Source: a virus
IMG/VR virus record: IMGVR_UViG_3300002143_000172
Span: 1 to 64,000 of that record
Reading direction: 5' to 3' (one strand)
Length of the DNA: 64,000 nt
Numbering within the stretch: the stretch's first letter is position 1; every line of letters begins with the position of its first letter. The position numbers and the translations under genes are program-made. The notes below the pieces were generated by a model, which ran no database searches, was not told where the DNA came from, and saw only the letters and a list, made by a program, of their open reading frames with translations. This document shows positions 20,719 to 30,812 of this stretch, one piece after another.

Positions 20719-21677
20719 TGTCTTATACAGAAAAATTAATCGATGCAATGTCTCAACTTCCTATTGACGACGATCAAATAACGCTCAGGTCTTCTCTGGC
20801 ACAACATGACACCGATACCTCAGCTCAAGGACTAGTTAAAAAATTAGATGATAATAATATTGAAAAAATCGCGATTTTTTCAAGAAGGGGACAACAACCT
20901 AATAAGGTCAATTCTGTTAAAATGTTAAGAGATATGATTCCTGAAAGGATTATACTTGGTACCTCAAAAAGGTTTGATCAGAGGAAAGATTTAACTCCTG
21001 AATATTTTCAAAATTTACTGCATGAAATAGATAATGATGGTTGTGAATTTTTAGGAGAGTTAATGCTTAGCCATGCAGATAAACATGACGGCGAAGAAAA
21101 TGAAAGTTACGAACGACATGTTTGTGCATCGTCGGCCAATGTATGCAGATTGCTTGACGAGATTTCTAAAAATCCTCTACCAGTCATGTTTCATTGGGAA
21201 GTCTATCATTGGAATAGAGATATTGAACATATAACTTATATGCTTGGGTCATATCCTAACATACCATTTGTGTGGCCGCATTCCGGGTTCGGATCACCTG
21301 AGCAGGTAGATTATATCTTATCAAGGTTTTCAAATGTGTATGCTCTGTTGTCTAAAAGAGAAATGATACGAGTAGGTGATCTTTGGGTAAGTCATACAGG
21401 TGATGACCTGGGAGGTTACAATATTGTTAATCAAGAATTTTTAAATCGAGTTGATTGCGGAATGGTTGATAGACAGGGAATAATTAAATCAGATTGGGTA
21501 CAATTACTAGAAAGATACCCAGATAGGTTTATGTGGGGTACAGATGCACATAAGCCACTAAGATGGAAATCTTATGATAGGATTGTTAGGGTTTGGAGAG
21601 ATATTTTATCTCAACTTGACTTTGACTTAGCACAAAAGATTTCCTATTACAATGCAAAGAGATTATATAAAATATGA
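20718..21677 (+). CDS. amidohydrolase family protein
   Basis: GEL, FHWE, WPHSG, PDRFMWGTD, NAKRLY motifs. Confidence 0.8.
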   Translation: MSYTEKLIDAMSQLPIDDDQITLRSSLAQHDTDTSAQGLVKKLDDNNIEKIAIFSRRGQQPNKVNSVKMLRDMIPERIILGTSKRFDQRKDLTPEYFQNLLHEIDNDGCEFLGELMLSHADKHDGEENESYERHVCASSANVCRLLDEISKNPLPVMFHWEVYHWNRDIEHITYMLGSYPNIPFVWPHSGFGSPEQVDYILSRFSNVYALLSKREMIRVGDLWVSHTGDDLGGYNIVNQEFLNRVDCGMVDRQGIIKSDWVQLLERYPDRFMWGTDAHKPLRWKSYDRIVRVWRDILSQLDFDLAQKISYYNAKRLYKI

Positions 21678-22405
21678 CTGAAAAAATAAAAAGAATTTTT
21701 ATTACTGGGGGACCGGGATCTATGTGGTCCGGAGCCGATCGACTCATTCGTTCAGGATTTGCTGGACAAGTAGACAATTCGGACATAAATCATTCTAGGA
21801 ATTGGATTGGACATAGAGGTGTATACTTCAATCCAGGAAACGAACCCGGATATGATTGGATATTAAATTTTGACAAATATGATCGAGAGGAGATTATTCG
21901 TATGTTAGATGGGACACAATCATTTCGTAAATCGACAGACGACAATGAAGACGGGGTGATTAGAACATATAAGAGTCATAATTTTTGTTACTTTTTTGAT
22001 CATATAGAAAAACTATTTCCAGAAGCGGATATTGTGGCAATGACCCAGATACCCTACAAGGCGCTTTATTGGTGGACAGTTTGTGGCGGACATGACCATG
22101 TACACGACCCGTATGATTATTACGATCGAGATTTAGAAAAAATTTGGAATGAAATTAATACGCAAACATCACTAGTTGATGCATGGATAGAAAAACACAA
22201 TCTAAAAAAAGAATATTTAAATTTAGATTTTTTTAGAAACCATTTTGGAGAGCCGTCAGAATTTATGTTAAAAGAATATGAAGATAGGACCCGGTCTCCT
22301 GATGGATTAGATCATCGATGCGGCGCCGGGTCTTTATGTAAAAATTTATCAAATACAGCAATGGTAGTGATAAAGTATGGAACCCCTAGGCAGTTTGAAA
22401 AATGA
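21674..22405 (+). CDS. P-loop/sulfotransferase-like protein
   Basis: TGGPGSMWSG, YFNPG, KSH; paralogue of 23743-24444. Confidence 0.6.
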   Translation: MTEKIKRIFITGGPGSMWSGADRLIRSGFAGQVDNSDINHSRNWIGHRGVYFNPGNEPGYDWILNFDKYDREEIIRMLDGTQSFRKSTDDNEDGVIRTYKSHNFCYFFDHIEKLFPEADIVAMTQIPYKALYWWTVCGGHDHVHDPYDYYDRDLEKIWNEINTQTSLVDAWIEKHNLKKEYLNLDFFRNHFGEPSEFMLKEYEDRTRSPDGLDHRCGAGSLCKNLSNTAMVVIKYGTPRQFEK

Positions 22406-22420
22406 GGATGAATTAAAATT

Positions 22421-23008
22421 ATGCGATTAAACTTTTTTTTAGGTGTCCAACATTCACACCACTTGATTAGAGGGGTATTAAAGGACGACGAGAGGGTAAC
22501 ATCACCGGTGCTGCCTATATATAGGTTAGATGCCTATAACGATCAATCATTATATGATGCTATAAAAAGAATTGGATTCTCAAAACCACTGCTAGAACTG
22601 ATGTTTAACGACCTTACAAAGGAAGAAGGCAATATTGGGTGGATGCAATGGGAAAGAAAAATATTTGATGATCTTCTAAATGCATCTCCTACAGGAACTA
22701 GATTTTGGTTTTTTAAACACAAAAAAATTCAAGAATTAACTAGTAATCATTATGAGTTTGCGTCCAAGTACAAAGACGATGTATCTATAATTAGATCACT
22801 GAATTTTAGAAAATTTCCATTAACTAGAGATACATTGCATGATTTGTTTAACGAAAGGATTGAATATTTTTCTTTATTAGCCAACGGGGTAGGAGCTAGT
22901 AAGTGGGTAGATTTTAACCTAAAAGATTATTTTGAAGATGGAGTAGATAATCCTGTTTTTAATGTAGAAGTGGCATTATATACAAAACCGTTGGTAAACA
23001 ACAAATGA
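22421..23008 (+). CDS. hypothetical protein
   Basis: 195 aa ORF in operon. Confidence 0.65.
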   Translation: MRLNFFLGVQHSHHLIRGVLKDDERVTSPVLPIYRLDAYNDQSLYDAIKRIGFSKPLLELMFNDLTKEEGNIGWMQWERKIFDDLLNASPTGTRFWFFKHKKIQELTSNHYEFASKYKDDVSIIRSLNFRKFPLTRDTLHDLFNERIEYFSLLANGVGASKWVDFNLKDYFEDGVDNPVFNVEVALYTKPLVNNK

Positions 23009-23742
23009 ACTTAAGAATATATAATTTAATAAACAGAAAGGTAAAGGATGCATTTTCTTTGCCGAGATATGAGACTGCTATTCTAACATTATCTCCATTG
23101 ACTATCTTTTTAGAACTACCATGGACTCCGGTTCGATTAGAGAAATTTAAAGAATCGATTGAAGCAGAACTGCAACTTGATAACATTAACTATGAGGGTA
23201 ATATACAAGAGCTTGTTAGTCGACTAAATGACCGGTATATGCATAGATTTTTTGGTGAAATATGGAAACCACGAACTGGATCGTACCAATACAGTGGATG
23301 GGGTTTAGTGGAGGAAATTAATAAAGCAGACCCTAAGGCTGTGTTAGACTTTGGTTGCGGCTACAATCCATTCAAAGGTCGTATCAAGAATCTAGTGGGT
23401 ATTGATCCGTATAACAACTGTGCTGACTATATGGTTGACATTCTAGAGTTTAAGGGTGAGCCCGAAAGTTTTGATCACATTATTGTCTTTGGTAGTTTAA
23501 ACTTTAACAGTAGAGAAGAGATTGAGGAAAGATTTTCTCGTCTAGTTGAAGTGCTTATGCCAGGCGGAAAAATGTACTTTAGGGCTAACCCTGGCATATT
23601 ATGGCCAACTGGTCCATATGTGGATATTTTTCCTTGGAGTTTTGAAGTTGCGTACGAACTAGGAAAGAAACATAATCTAGAACTAGAGACCTTTAAAAAA
23701 GATAACAACGATAGATTATATTTTGTATATGCTAAGTCTTAA
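23005..23742 (+). CDS. class I SAM-dependent methyltransferase
   Basis: VLDFGCGYNPFKG; paralogue of 18985-19533. Confidence 0.85.
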   Translation: MNLRIYNLINRKVKDAFSLPRYETAILTLSPLTIFLELPWTPVRLEKFKESIEAELQLDNINYEGNIQELVSRLNDRYMHRFFGEIWKPRTGSYQYSGWGLVEEINKADPKAVLDFGCGYNPFKGRIKNLVGIDPYNNCADYMVDILEFKGEPESFDHIIVFGSLNFNSREEIEERFSRLVEVLMPGGKMYFRANPGILWPTGPYVDIFPWSFEVAYELGKKHNLELETFKKDNNDRLYFVYAKS

Positions 23743-24444
23743 TTAACTTAGCTTATCTTGATTATATATTGCTATAGTAACATCGTCCATGGTGTTGGTA
23801 TGTGTTAGATGTTTTTCTACCCATGCGCGATGTGTTAAATCTATAATCTCGTCAGTTGTCCAACTAAAGTGTTCTTTTAGAAATTGTGCGTCAAATTTAT
23901 GTTCGACTAAATTATGCTTGTTACAAAAATCTTTCATTAATTGATTGTGTTCAGCTATCATAGCTCTCATTGTATTATCGTCTTTATAGTAAGGGCGATA
24001 ATTAGGATATGATATATTCCACCCATCTGCACCAACCCAACCCCGTTCGCATCTATCATTTGGCCTAAACACCATTATGATAGGATTATTTGTCCATTGT
24101 TCTGCAATAAAATCCAATTGATGCGATAAGAAATGACTCTTTACTAACAGCTTACCGACAGCAGGTTCGTGCCATTCTTTTAAAATTTGTGTTTCAATAT
24201 CAACTGGGTCTAATGTACTCAGTTGATCCCAGTCTTCTCCTATGCCGTGACCGGGTCCAAAATATGCCCCAGTGTGCATAATTCCTCTAGTTAACTCAGT
24301 AGCCCCGGTGTGCTTATATTCTCGCTCGGGAGACCGGTCGGTTGTATTAAAATTTAATGATTGAATAGCCTGCAGAACATTTGCAGTACCTGACCACTTT
24401 GATCCCGGAGCCCCAGTAAACCATACTAATCTATTGTTTCTCAT
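23743..24444 (-). CDS. P-loop/sulfotransferase-like protein
   Basis: TGAPGSKWSG, YFGPG, KSH. Confidence 0.6.
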   Translation of the reverse strand: MRNNRLVWFTGAPGSKWSGTANVLQAIQSLNFNTTDRSPEREYKHTGATELTRGIMHTGAYFGPGHGIGEDWDQLSTLDPVDIETQILKEWHEPAVGKLLVKSHFLSHQLDFIAEQWTNNPIIMVFRPNDRCERGWVGADGWNISYPNYRPYYKDDNTMRAMIAEHNQLMKDFCNKHNLVEHKFDAQFLKEHFSWTTDEIIDLTHRAWVEKHLTHTNTMDDVTIAIYNQDKLS

Positions 24445-24941
24445 TTTGATACCTCTACAAGTAAATGGTATCGATCACTCTCTCCTGTATTTACAGAAGT
24501 GTGAAGTTTAGTAGTATTAGTCCACCAAATTTTTCCTCGTTCAAGATATCTTGATTCATTCTCGATAATCATCAAACTAGCCGGAGTTGTGACTATTGGT
24601 ACATGCACTCTTGGCGTTAGATCCTTATGTAGAGAAAAGCAGGTACGGGCCCCCAGTCTCATAATTCGTATTCTTCCAATGTCGCAATCAGTAAACAAAT
24701 CTAAGAATTTTAACATCCATCCAGATTTTAATGTATCGTCTCTCCATATATTCCATTCAGTTAACCTAACCCCACTTCTAGTTTTGCCTTCACCGTAATC
24801 TATACCGTCCCAAGTTTTTCTTCCTGTTAATCCGTATTGGGTTATATTTTCCGTACGCATTTTTGACATTAATGGAATGAAATAGTTAACCATTTCTGCT
24901 TGGTTTTCAACATTAGATATTACCCTAAAATTCTCACTCAT
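24441..24941 (-). CDS. Asp/Asn beta-hydroxylase-like 2OG-Fe(II) oxygenase
   Basis: HKD, RVHVPI, HTSVN...RYHL. Confidence 0.8.
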   Translation of the reverse strand: MSENFRVISNVENQAEMVNYFIPLMSKMRTENITQYGLTGRKTWDGIDYGEGKTRSGVRLTEWNIWRDDTLKSGWMLKFLDLFTDCDIGRIRIMRLGARTCFSLHKDLTPRVHVPIVTTPASLMIIENESRYLERGKIWWTNTTKLHTSVNTGESDRYHLLVEVSK

Positions 24942-25528
24942 TTCTTTTCTCCAATTAGCATAAATCTATTGTAGTAATCGAGGTTGATCGTCTCCGAGAT
25001 CGTTATTAATAACGGATATTTTTCTTTCATCTCTTCTAGAGAGTTACATGTGTTAGGGTGATCGACTGCTGGATAATCTGTACTATGTAATACTACTATT
25101 GATCCTTTTGAAATATTTAAAAACCAGGTGTTGTCTAAAATATGTTCGCAACTCGGGTTGATAATTAAATCGTATCTCGATATGTCTATATCGTTAACAT
25201 CTAGACTAACACGAGAAAACGATGGGTTACCTCTGTTTAAGTGTGTGGAAAATTTTTCAAGTCTACCATCGGAGTCGACCTCGGTAATATTTTTAAAACC
25301 TAACTTATATAAACACAATGAAGTAAATCCAAACCATCCCCCAACAACCAATACTGTGCTATTTCTATCTTCGCAATGTTTATCTATCGCATTTATTAAA
25401 GATTGCTTGCCCGTGATCTGTTTCCTTCGAAATGCATCTCGTATTTCTTTCAATGATGTTGATTCAAATACTGATTGATCATACAAAGCATTCATTACTT
25501 CTGGTATAAGGTCACATACATTAAGCAT
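24938..25528 (-). CDS. SAM-dependent methyltransferase-like protein
   Basis: VVGGWFG, INPSCEH. Confidence 0.7.
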   Translation of the reverse strand: MLNVCDLIPEVMNALYDQSVFESTSLKEIRDAFRRKQITGKQSLINAIDKHCEDRNSTVLVVGGWFGFTSLCLYKLGFKNITEVDSDGRLEKFSTHLNRGNPSFSRVSLDVNDIDISRYDLIINPSCEHILDNTWFLNISKGSIVVLHSTDYPAVDHPNTCNSLEEMKEKYPLLITISETINLDYYNRFMLIGEKK

Positions 25529-26210
25529 CGTATTTTTCTTTAAAGTAATTTTTTAACCAATCGTAGTCGTTAATAACCAGTGGATCTATATTGTTATTTA
25601 CATACTTAGTTGCATCGAGATAACCATTGTAGCACCACAATGCGTTATTAGACCCATTATCTAAATCCTTGCATGATTTCCAATGGTTTATATATCGATC
25701 AATATTCGTAGCCCGTGGGCGATCCTTAAATATTGTAATTAATTTAACACAGTGTCTAAAAGCAGTTTTCCACGCATCGTACGGCGACGAATTATATTTG
25801 GTAATAGAAAATGGGGGAGCAGGACAGTAATATGTACTCTTTGGTTTTACCGCATTTAAACAAAAATCTCCCTTGCTCATATCACTATTAACTAACGATC
25901 CCTTCCTCCAAAGTTTAACTCCGCCGAGATTAGTAGGTTCGTTTGATATCGGGTCGTCTGCTGTAAACATTATTAAGTCAAGCCATGGAACGATATGTCC
26001 GGGATGTTTTAGCGGTTCTTTTAAGTAATTATCGCCATCTACGGTCCAGAACCAAGTGAATTTTGCCAGATTATCACAGATAACATGCACAATATCAATA
26101 CCTTTTATCCCGTGTAATCTTATTGCCGTGGGATGTAAACTTAAAACTCTTTGCCAGTTTTCTTCTTGGTCTGTTTCGTTGTAACTAATAAAGAAAACAT
26201 CAAACTTCAT
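25521..26210 (-). CDS. glycosyltransferase-like protein
   Basis: DVFFISYNE, FWTVDGD, AWKTAFR. Confidence 0.65.
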   Translation of the reverse strand: MKFDVFFISYNETDQEENWQRVLSLHPTAIRLHGIKGIDIVHVICDNLAKFTWFWTVDGDNYLKEPLKHPGHIVPWLDLIMFTADDPISNEPTNLGGVKLWRKGSLVNSDMSKGDFCLNAVKPKSTYYCPAPPFSITKYNSSPYDAWKTAFRHCVKLITIFKDRPRATNIDRYINHWKSCKDLDNGSNNALWCYNGYLDATKYVNNNIDPLVINDYDWLKNYFKEKYDA

Positions 26211-26724
26211 TTTTAAAAAATTCCCTTGCTTCTTCAAAAGTAATACCTTTGGTGATGCTCCAACTCATAATGATCCTTCTTGCTGGACCATTTATAACAG
26301 AGTGAGGAACACTATTTTTAATTAATGTAGGGCGTGTTAGAGTAAATTCAAAAACTTTATCATTGTTATCACAGTTAACCCAGTTCAATTTTCTTTTATC
26401 GTCATATTCTAAATCTACGGTGTTTGGTAAATTATAGAAAGTGGTCGTTGATTGCTGGGTGCCCTTTAATGGTATGTTCAACGCACAGCTTCTTTCTGAA
26501 TCAATATGACACCCGAGAATCTTGTTGGGCTCAAGATCGTAGAAATTCCAAATTGGACTAAGGATTTGGAATTTGCTTTGTATGGAAGTTAGGTATTGGT
26601 CATTAGTAACTAATCTTTGGTGTTTTAAAAGTGATAGATCTTGTTTGTAGTTGTTTATTAAATTCAAAAGGTATTCAACATCAAAATCGATCGATAATTC
26701 GCAAATATATTCATTGTTAATCAT
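26200..26724 (-). CDS. 2OG-Fe(II) oxygenase-like protein
   Basis: HID, ALNIP, PHSV...R. Confidence 0.7.
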   Translation of the reverse strand: MINNEYICELSIDFDVEYLLNLINNYKQDLSLLKHQRLVTNDQYLTSIQSKFQILSPIWNFYDLEPNKILGCHIDSERSCALNIPLKGTQQSTTTFYNLPNTVDLEYDDKRKLNWVNCDNNDKVFEFTLTRPTLIKNSVPHSVINGPARRIIMSWSITKGITFEEAREFFKNEV

Positions 26725-26808
26725 ATATGAAAATATTTATTCGTGCTACTATAACTAATAAATATTCTTTATGCTACGAGACACAATGAAAAATAGATTT
26801 ACTGCCAA

Positions 26809-27555
26809 ATGGTGGAAATCAACTATGATAAGGTCAATATGAATCAGGGAACAAATAAAGTTGTGCCATTAGGAAAAAGTGGTCGACCTCCAAAGTTTGA
26901 GGTTAGTAAAGTAACACTTGAAACCGTTGCGAATGAGTTGGCATTATTAAATCTTGGAGATTTTGAACCATTAAACATTAGGATTGACACTAATCGATTC
27001 ATGTCGGAGATAGCTCAATTTAATGATGCATGGGTTGATTATCTTCCAAGGACTGATAGACCTAACAATAGACAGGGGTTGGTTCTATCAAATCTCCCGG
27101 GAAAAACGCATCAAGATAATCCTAGCTTACCGCAGGCTAGCATGGAAGCCGGATACCGGCTTAGTGAAAATAGCTTTAATCAACGAACTGAAGTATATGA
27201 TGCTTGTACAAGCCTGCACACATTATTAGATGAATTTCAACCACTCGGCCGAACATTCTTAGTTAAGTCAAATATTGGGGGATACTTTGTACCCCATAGA
27301 GATCATCCTACCATGCCTCGAGAAAGTTTTAGAATTGCAGTGTTCTTAAATAATTGTGCGCCATTGCAGTATGATTGGTTAATTGACACAGATAGAAAAT
27401 TACCTATTGAGCTAGGTCGAGCTTACTATATTAATACTAGAAAAACGCATCGGACCATAAGTTGGGTTAACGATAGCATACATTTAATCATTAACATACC
27501 ATTCACTTCGGCAAATGTTGCAAAAGTGATAGCTCATTTACAACACCCGCATTAA
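26809..27555 (+). CDS. Asp/Asn beta-hydroxylase-like oxygenase
   Basis: FVPHRD, INTRKTH. Confidence 0.75.
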   Translation: MVEINYDKVNMNQGTNKVVPLGKSGRPPKFEVSKVTLETVANELALLNLGDFEPLNIRIDTNRFMSEIAQFNDAWVDYLPRTDRPNNRQGLVLSNLPGKTHQDNPSLPQASMEAGYRLSENSFNQRTEVYDACTSLHTLLDEFQPLGRTFLVKSNIGGYFVPHRDHPTMPRESFRIAVFLNNCAPLQYDWLIDTDRKLPIELGRAYYINTRKTHRTISWVNDSIHLIINIPFTSANVAKVIAHLQHPH

Positions 27556-28256
27556 AGATGTGTGAATATACTCATTCCAAATTTTGATTTAATTCCTTGT
27601 CTTTCAAAATCACTGGCACAATGTAGTCGAGCACTATCAAAGAAAAGTGCGTCAGTTGGTTTCCATCGTAATGCAGAATTAAATGATAATCCTTCTAACC
27701 ATCTAATTTTCAGATGCGTTAGATATTTTTCCATAGTATCCTTATCAATACCCGTGTTGTTCTTATTCAATACTTGCGAATATTCGTAAACTTGTTTATT
27801 GTAATAGGTTGGAATATCACTTGATTTGTTAAAGAATTTAGCACCACCTTCTAGGTACAATTGATCAAAAAAACATAAACTAGGATATCCTGTATCCTTT
27901 CCGATGTATGCTAGTTCTAATGGTAGCGTGATTCCCCTATATACAATTGGGTAATTTATATTATCGTCGTTGTGTATGATATGGGGGCGTTCAACATAAA
28001 AAAAGAAAGCACTGTATATTTCGCAAGGTCCTATAACTTGTTTTATTTTATCAAAAATTGTAACTAAAAGTGGACTAGTTTTAAATTCATCCTTTAGTTC
28101 TATACTGGTTATCGGACCAGTATTTTTACGAATCGTTTTATAGGAATTTGAAAGATCAATAAGACCTGTGACTTCTTCTATAGAAAGGAATCCTTCTTTT
28201 GAAAACGGATCTATTAAATTTTCAATTATTGTTTGTCGATTGAGATCCGTTCTCAT
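27552..28256 (-). CDS. 2OG-Fe(II) oxygenase-like protein
   Basis: HND, FDSARLHCAS. Confidence 0.7.
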   Translation of the reverse strand: MRTDLNRQTIIENLIDPFSKEGFLSIEEVTGLIDLSNSYKTIRKNTGPITSIELKDEFKTSPLLVTIFDKIKQVIGPCEIYSAFFFYVERPHIIHNDDNINYPIVYRGITLPLELAYIGKDTGYPSLCFFDQLYLEGGAKFFNKSSDIPTYYNKQVYEYSQVLNKNNTGIDKDTMEKYLTHLKIRWLEGLSFNSALRWKPTDALFFDSARLHCASDFERQGIKSKFGMSIFTHL

Positions 28257-28708
28257 ACTTGGGTAACCTCTACTCCGGATTTAGTTAAGAATTTGATTCC
28301 CGAATCATCTCTATAGTTTTCACTATAGAAAACACGACTAATGCCTGACTGATAAATGAGCTTGGCACAGTCGAGACAGGGCATGTGAGTAACAAATAGG
28401 TCAGCCCCAGCACCACTGTTGTTAGACTTCGCCAGCTTCGCAATAGCATTTGACTCCGCATGAAGCACCTCTGGTTTGGTTTTTAAATATTTTTCTTCCC
28501 TCATGGGCATACCATATCCGGCACTCACATGTTCTACAAGTTCATCTTCGCAGTTGTTATCCCAGCCTGCGGGCATGCCGTTATACCCGTAACTGATAAC
28601 ACTGTCATCCTTTACAACGACTGCGCCGACCTGTAGCCTACGGGCGTGACTCAATTGGGCTGTTCTTTTTGCCCAGTCCATGTACAACTTTACAAACTTT
28701 TCTTTCAT
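28253..28708 (-). CDS. dCMP deaminase
   Basis: HAESNA, PCLDC. Confidence 0.9.
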   Translation of the reverse strand: MKEKFVKLYMDWAKRTAQLSHARRLQVGAVVVKDDSVISYGYNGMPAGWDNNCEDELVEHVSAGYGMPMREEKYLKTKPEVLHAESNAIAKLAKSNNSGAGADLFVTHMPCLDCAKLIYQSGISRVFYSENYRDDSGIKFLTKSGVEVTQV

Positions 28709-28724
28709 AATTGCCTTATAAATT

Positions 28725-28799
28725 TGGCCGGCCTTGCAGGAGTCGAACCCGCGACTTTTGTTTCGAAGACAAAGATGATATCCATTTCACCAAAGACCG
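28725..28799 (-). tRNA. tRNA-Arg(UCG)
   Basis: cloverleaf, loop CU-UCG-AA, encoded CCA. Confidence 0.9.
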
Positions 28800-28833
28800 A
28801 TAATTGATTATACACTAATAACATATTTAAGTC

Positions 28834-28862
28834 AAAAAAATAGGACTCCGAAGAGTCCTATT
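28834..28862 (-). terminator. intrinsic terminator
   Basis: AUAGGACUC-UUCG-GAGUCCUAU plus U-tract. Confidence 0.9.
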
Positions 28863-28863
28863 A

Positions 28864-29096
28864 ACAGGATGATCGTGCCAATTTGTTTAGTATTCTGGTC
28901 TGGCCAATTATAGCACCCAGACCCTATCAACATTCATGTTGACTATTACATGTTTTTCTGTATGTAAATCATACCCGGTGCTTTGCCGGTCTATCAGTTA
29001 TATTAGCGTCTATTGCTAGAAAGTGTTGCCACTTGCCTTACGGGCCGCCGTCTACTGCATTAAGCGTTAGGTTTAAATTGCTGTATTCATCCAAAA
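28864..29096 (-). ncRNA. CAGCAA-family structured RNA copy 1 (about 230 nt)
   Basis: GGAUGA/UCAUCC closing stem, CAGCAA, three consecutive GNRA hairpins plus further helices. Confidence 0.75.
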
Positions 29097-29099
29097 ATA

Positions 29100-29258
29100 A
29101 CAGGCTAGTTGTCTACTTTTGTTTTTTATCGAGGCAAATATCGAAAACCCTCTATCTAATCCTACTTCATTGCTAACCTTCAAAGCCAATTAAGGCTCCA
29201 GTTAGTAACATAAGATTAGCATTCCATGTAATTATGGATTGCTGAACCTAGCCTAAAA
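29100..29258 (-). ncRNA. CAGCAA-family structured RNA copy 2
   Basis: AGGCUAG/CUAGCCU stem, GUUCAGCAA, internal helices. Confidence 0.75.
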
Positions 29259-29264
29259 AACTAT

Positions 29265-30656
29265 TTATAAAACACTGTAGCGTTCGGTGTCTACAGTTGC
29301 CATCATGATACCATATGGAGTCATGTCAGTGCCCGATAGGACACCCTTCATAACTGCTGGACTGAACCCAGACACCAGAGCAGTTCCCTTCTTATCAAAC
29401 TTAACAGGGACATTGTCCTTAGAGTTTAAGTTCCAGAAAACTACATTTGGTACTTCGTATCCTGCTTCCTTGTACTTACGCTTGATCATCTGCATAGCAG
29501 AGTCGTCGTGCTTGACGCAAGCGTCAAATTGCATGTCGGACAAGATCAGCAAAGTCTTTGGCATGTCACTTGCGTTCACACCGCCCTTGACTGCAATGCG
29601 TAGAATTTCTTCAAACGCCGCATGTAGGTTAGTGTTCATGCCCCAATCGCTAGAGTTCATTTGTGCCATCTTTTCAGATAGCGAACCCTTAACGACCTGT
29701 GCCTTTGGCTTAGCACTGAAAGTCAAGAATGTATCCTTGAATACACCTGTGTTCTTATCAGCACAGTACAGACCTAACGACAAGGCAACATCGATGCACA
29801 TCAAGTTAGCGTTTCCGCCAACTGCACAGCTCATCGAACCGCTAACATCAACCAACGGCATAACGCTAGCATCACCAATGTAGTTTGGTAGTGATGCCCA
29901 TTGAGCATCTGCTACCACGCTATCGCCACCATGACGCAAGGTCTTGATGACATCGTATGGGTAAACAGCCGAAGCATTTACCTTGTCTGTACCCGCAGTC
30001 AACCGAGCCTTGTAGGCTTCGTATGACGCCTTGGCATTACGACCAAAAGCCTTGTTGTAACGAGCAGAAGCCAATGAAGGCAACTTGCCAAACTCGATGC
30101 CATCCCAGTCTTGGGCACACATCTTTGTTTCTACAACATTGGTAAGAGCCACTAGACTCTTACGGTACTGCTTTGGAGTCATCCCGTAAAACTTACGGAT
30201 CTCCACTGCGATCGGCCCTTGACGAGGTATCCACTTGGCACAAAGACCGTTGCGTTCACGCAAAGCATCACCGATTAAAGTATATGCCATGTGCTTGAAC
30301 TTTTCGGTCTTGAATACCAACAGATCATCCCATCGACCAAATTCACTTACGAAAGGCAACACTGATTCCAGAATCTCTGGGTGAAGCATTTCTAGGTGAA
30401 CAAGGAGATCACGAAACAACTGGCGCTCACCAGCACCGCCACGAACATCGCGTGTCCATAAAGCAATTTTCATTGCGATATTGCTATCTTCCTGGAAAGC
30501 CTTTTCGAAGTCTGCGGTTACAGACTTACCACGGCTTGCACCAATCTTGTAGAATAGATCTACAAGGGCATTGCCCGAATGAGCCTTTGCCTTCATACCG
30601 TTTTCGGTACGAGCTACCTCTGGGGTAGACTTAACTGCTTCTGCGAATGTAGTCAT
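29265..30656 (-). CDS. DUF2828 / TROVE-like protein with C-terminal vWA domain
   Basis: RDVRGGAGER, GRWDDL, AKWIPR, DVSGSM (MIDAS), SDMQFD, FWNL, VSGFSP. Confidence 0.85.
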   Translation of the reverse strand: MTTFAEAVKSTPEVARTENGMKAKAHSGNALVDLFYKIGASRGKSVTADFEKAFQEDSNIAMKIALWTRDVRGGAGERQLFRDLLVHLEMLHPEILESVLPFVSEFGRWDDLLVFKTEKFKHMAYTLIGDALRERNGLCAKWIPRQGPIAVEIRKFYGMTPKQYRKSLVALTNVVETKMCAQDWDGIEFGKLPSLASARYNKAFGRNAKASYEAYKARLTAGTDKVNASAVYPYDVIKTLRHGGDSVVADAQWASLPNYIGDASVMPLVDVSGSMSCAVGGNANLMCIDVALSLGLYCADKNTGVFKDTFLTFSAKPKAQVVKGSLSEKMAQMNSSDWGMNTNLHAAFEEILRIAVKGGVNASDMPKTLLILSDMQFDACVKHDDSAMQMIKRKYKEAGYEVPNVVFWNLNSKDNVPVKFDKKGTALVSGFSPAVMKGVLSGTDMTPYGIMMATVDTERYSVL

Positions 30657-30679
30657 CTCGTTCTCCTTTCGTTAAAATG

Positions 30680-30740
30680 ACAGGTTGCTTATTTTTCAAT
30701 TACAAGTTGAATTTTAAAATTTGCTGAACGCAACCTAAAA
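30680..30740 (-). ncRNA. CAGCAA-family RNA copy 3 with anticodon-arm mimic (UGU)
   Basis: AGGUUGC/GCAACCU stem; UUCAA-CUUGUAA-UUGAA. Confidence 0.75.
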
Positions 30741-30765
30741 ACTTATTTTCTTAACTTAAACATTT

Positions 30766-30794
30766 ATTATAGACGAAATAGACATCGTTGTCAA
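30766..30794 (-). promoter_or_regulatory. sigma70-type promoter for copy 3, DUF2828, copy 2, copy 1
   Basis: TTGACA-17 nt-TATAAT. Confidence 0.85.
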
Positions 30795-30812
30795 CATCTA
30801 TTTCATCTATTT

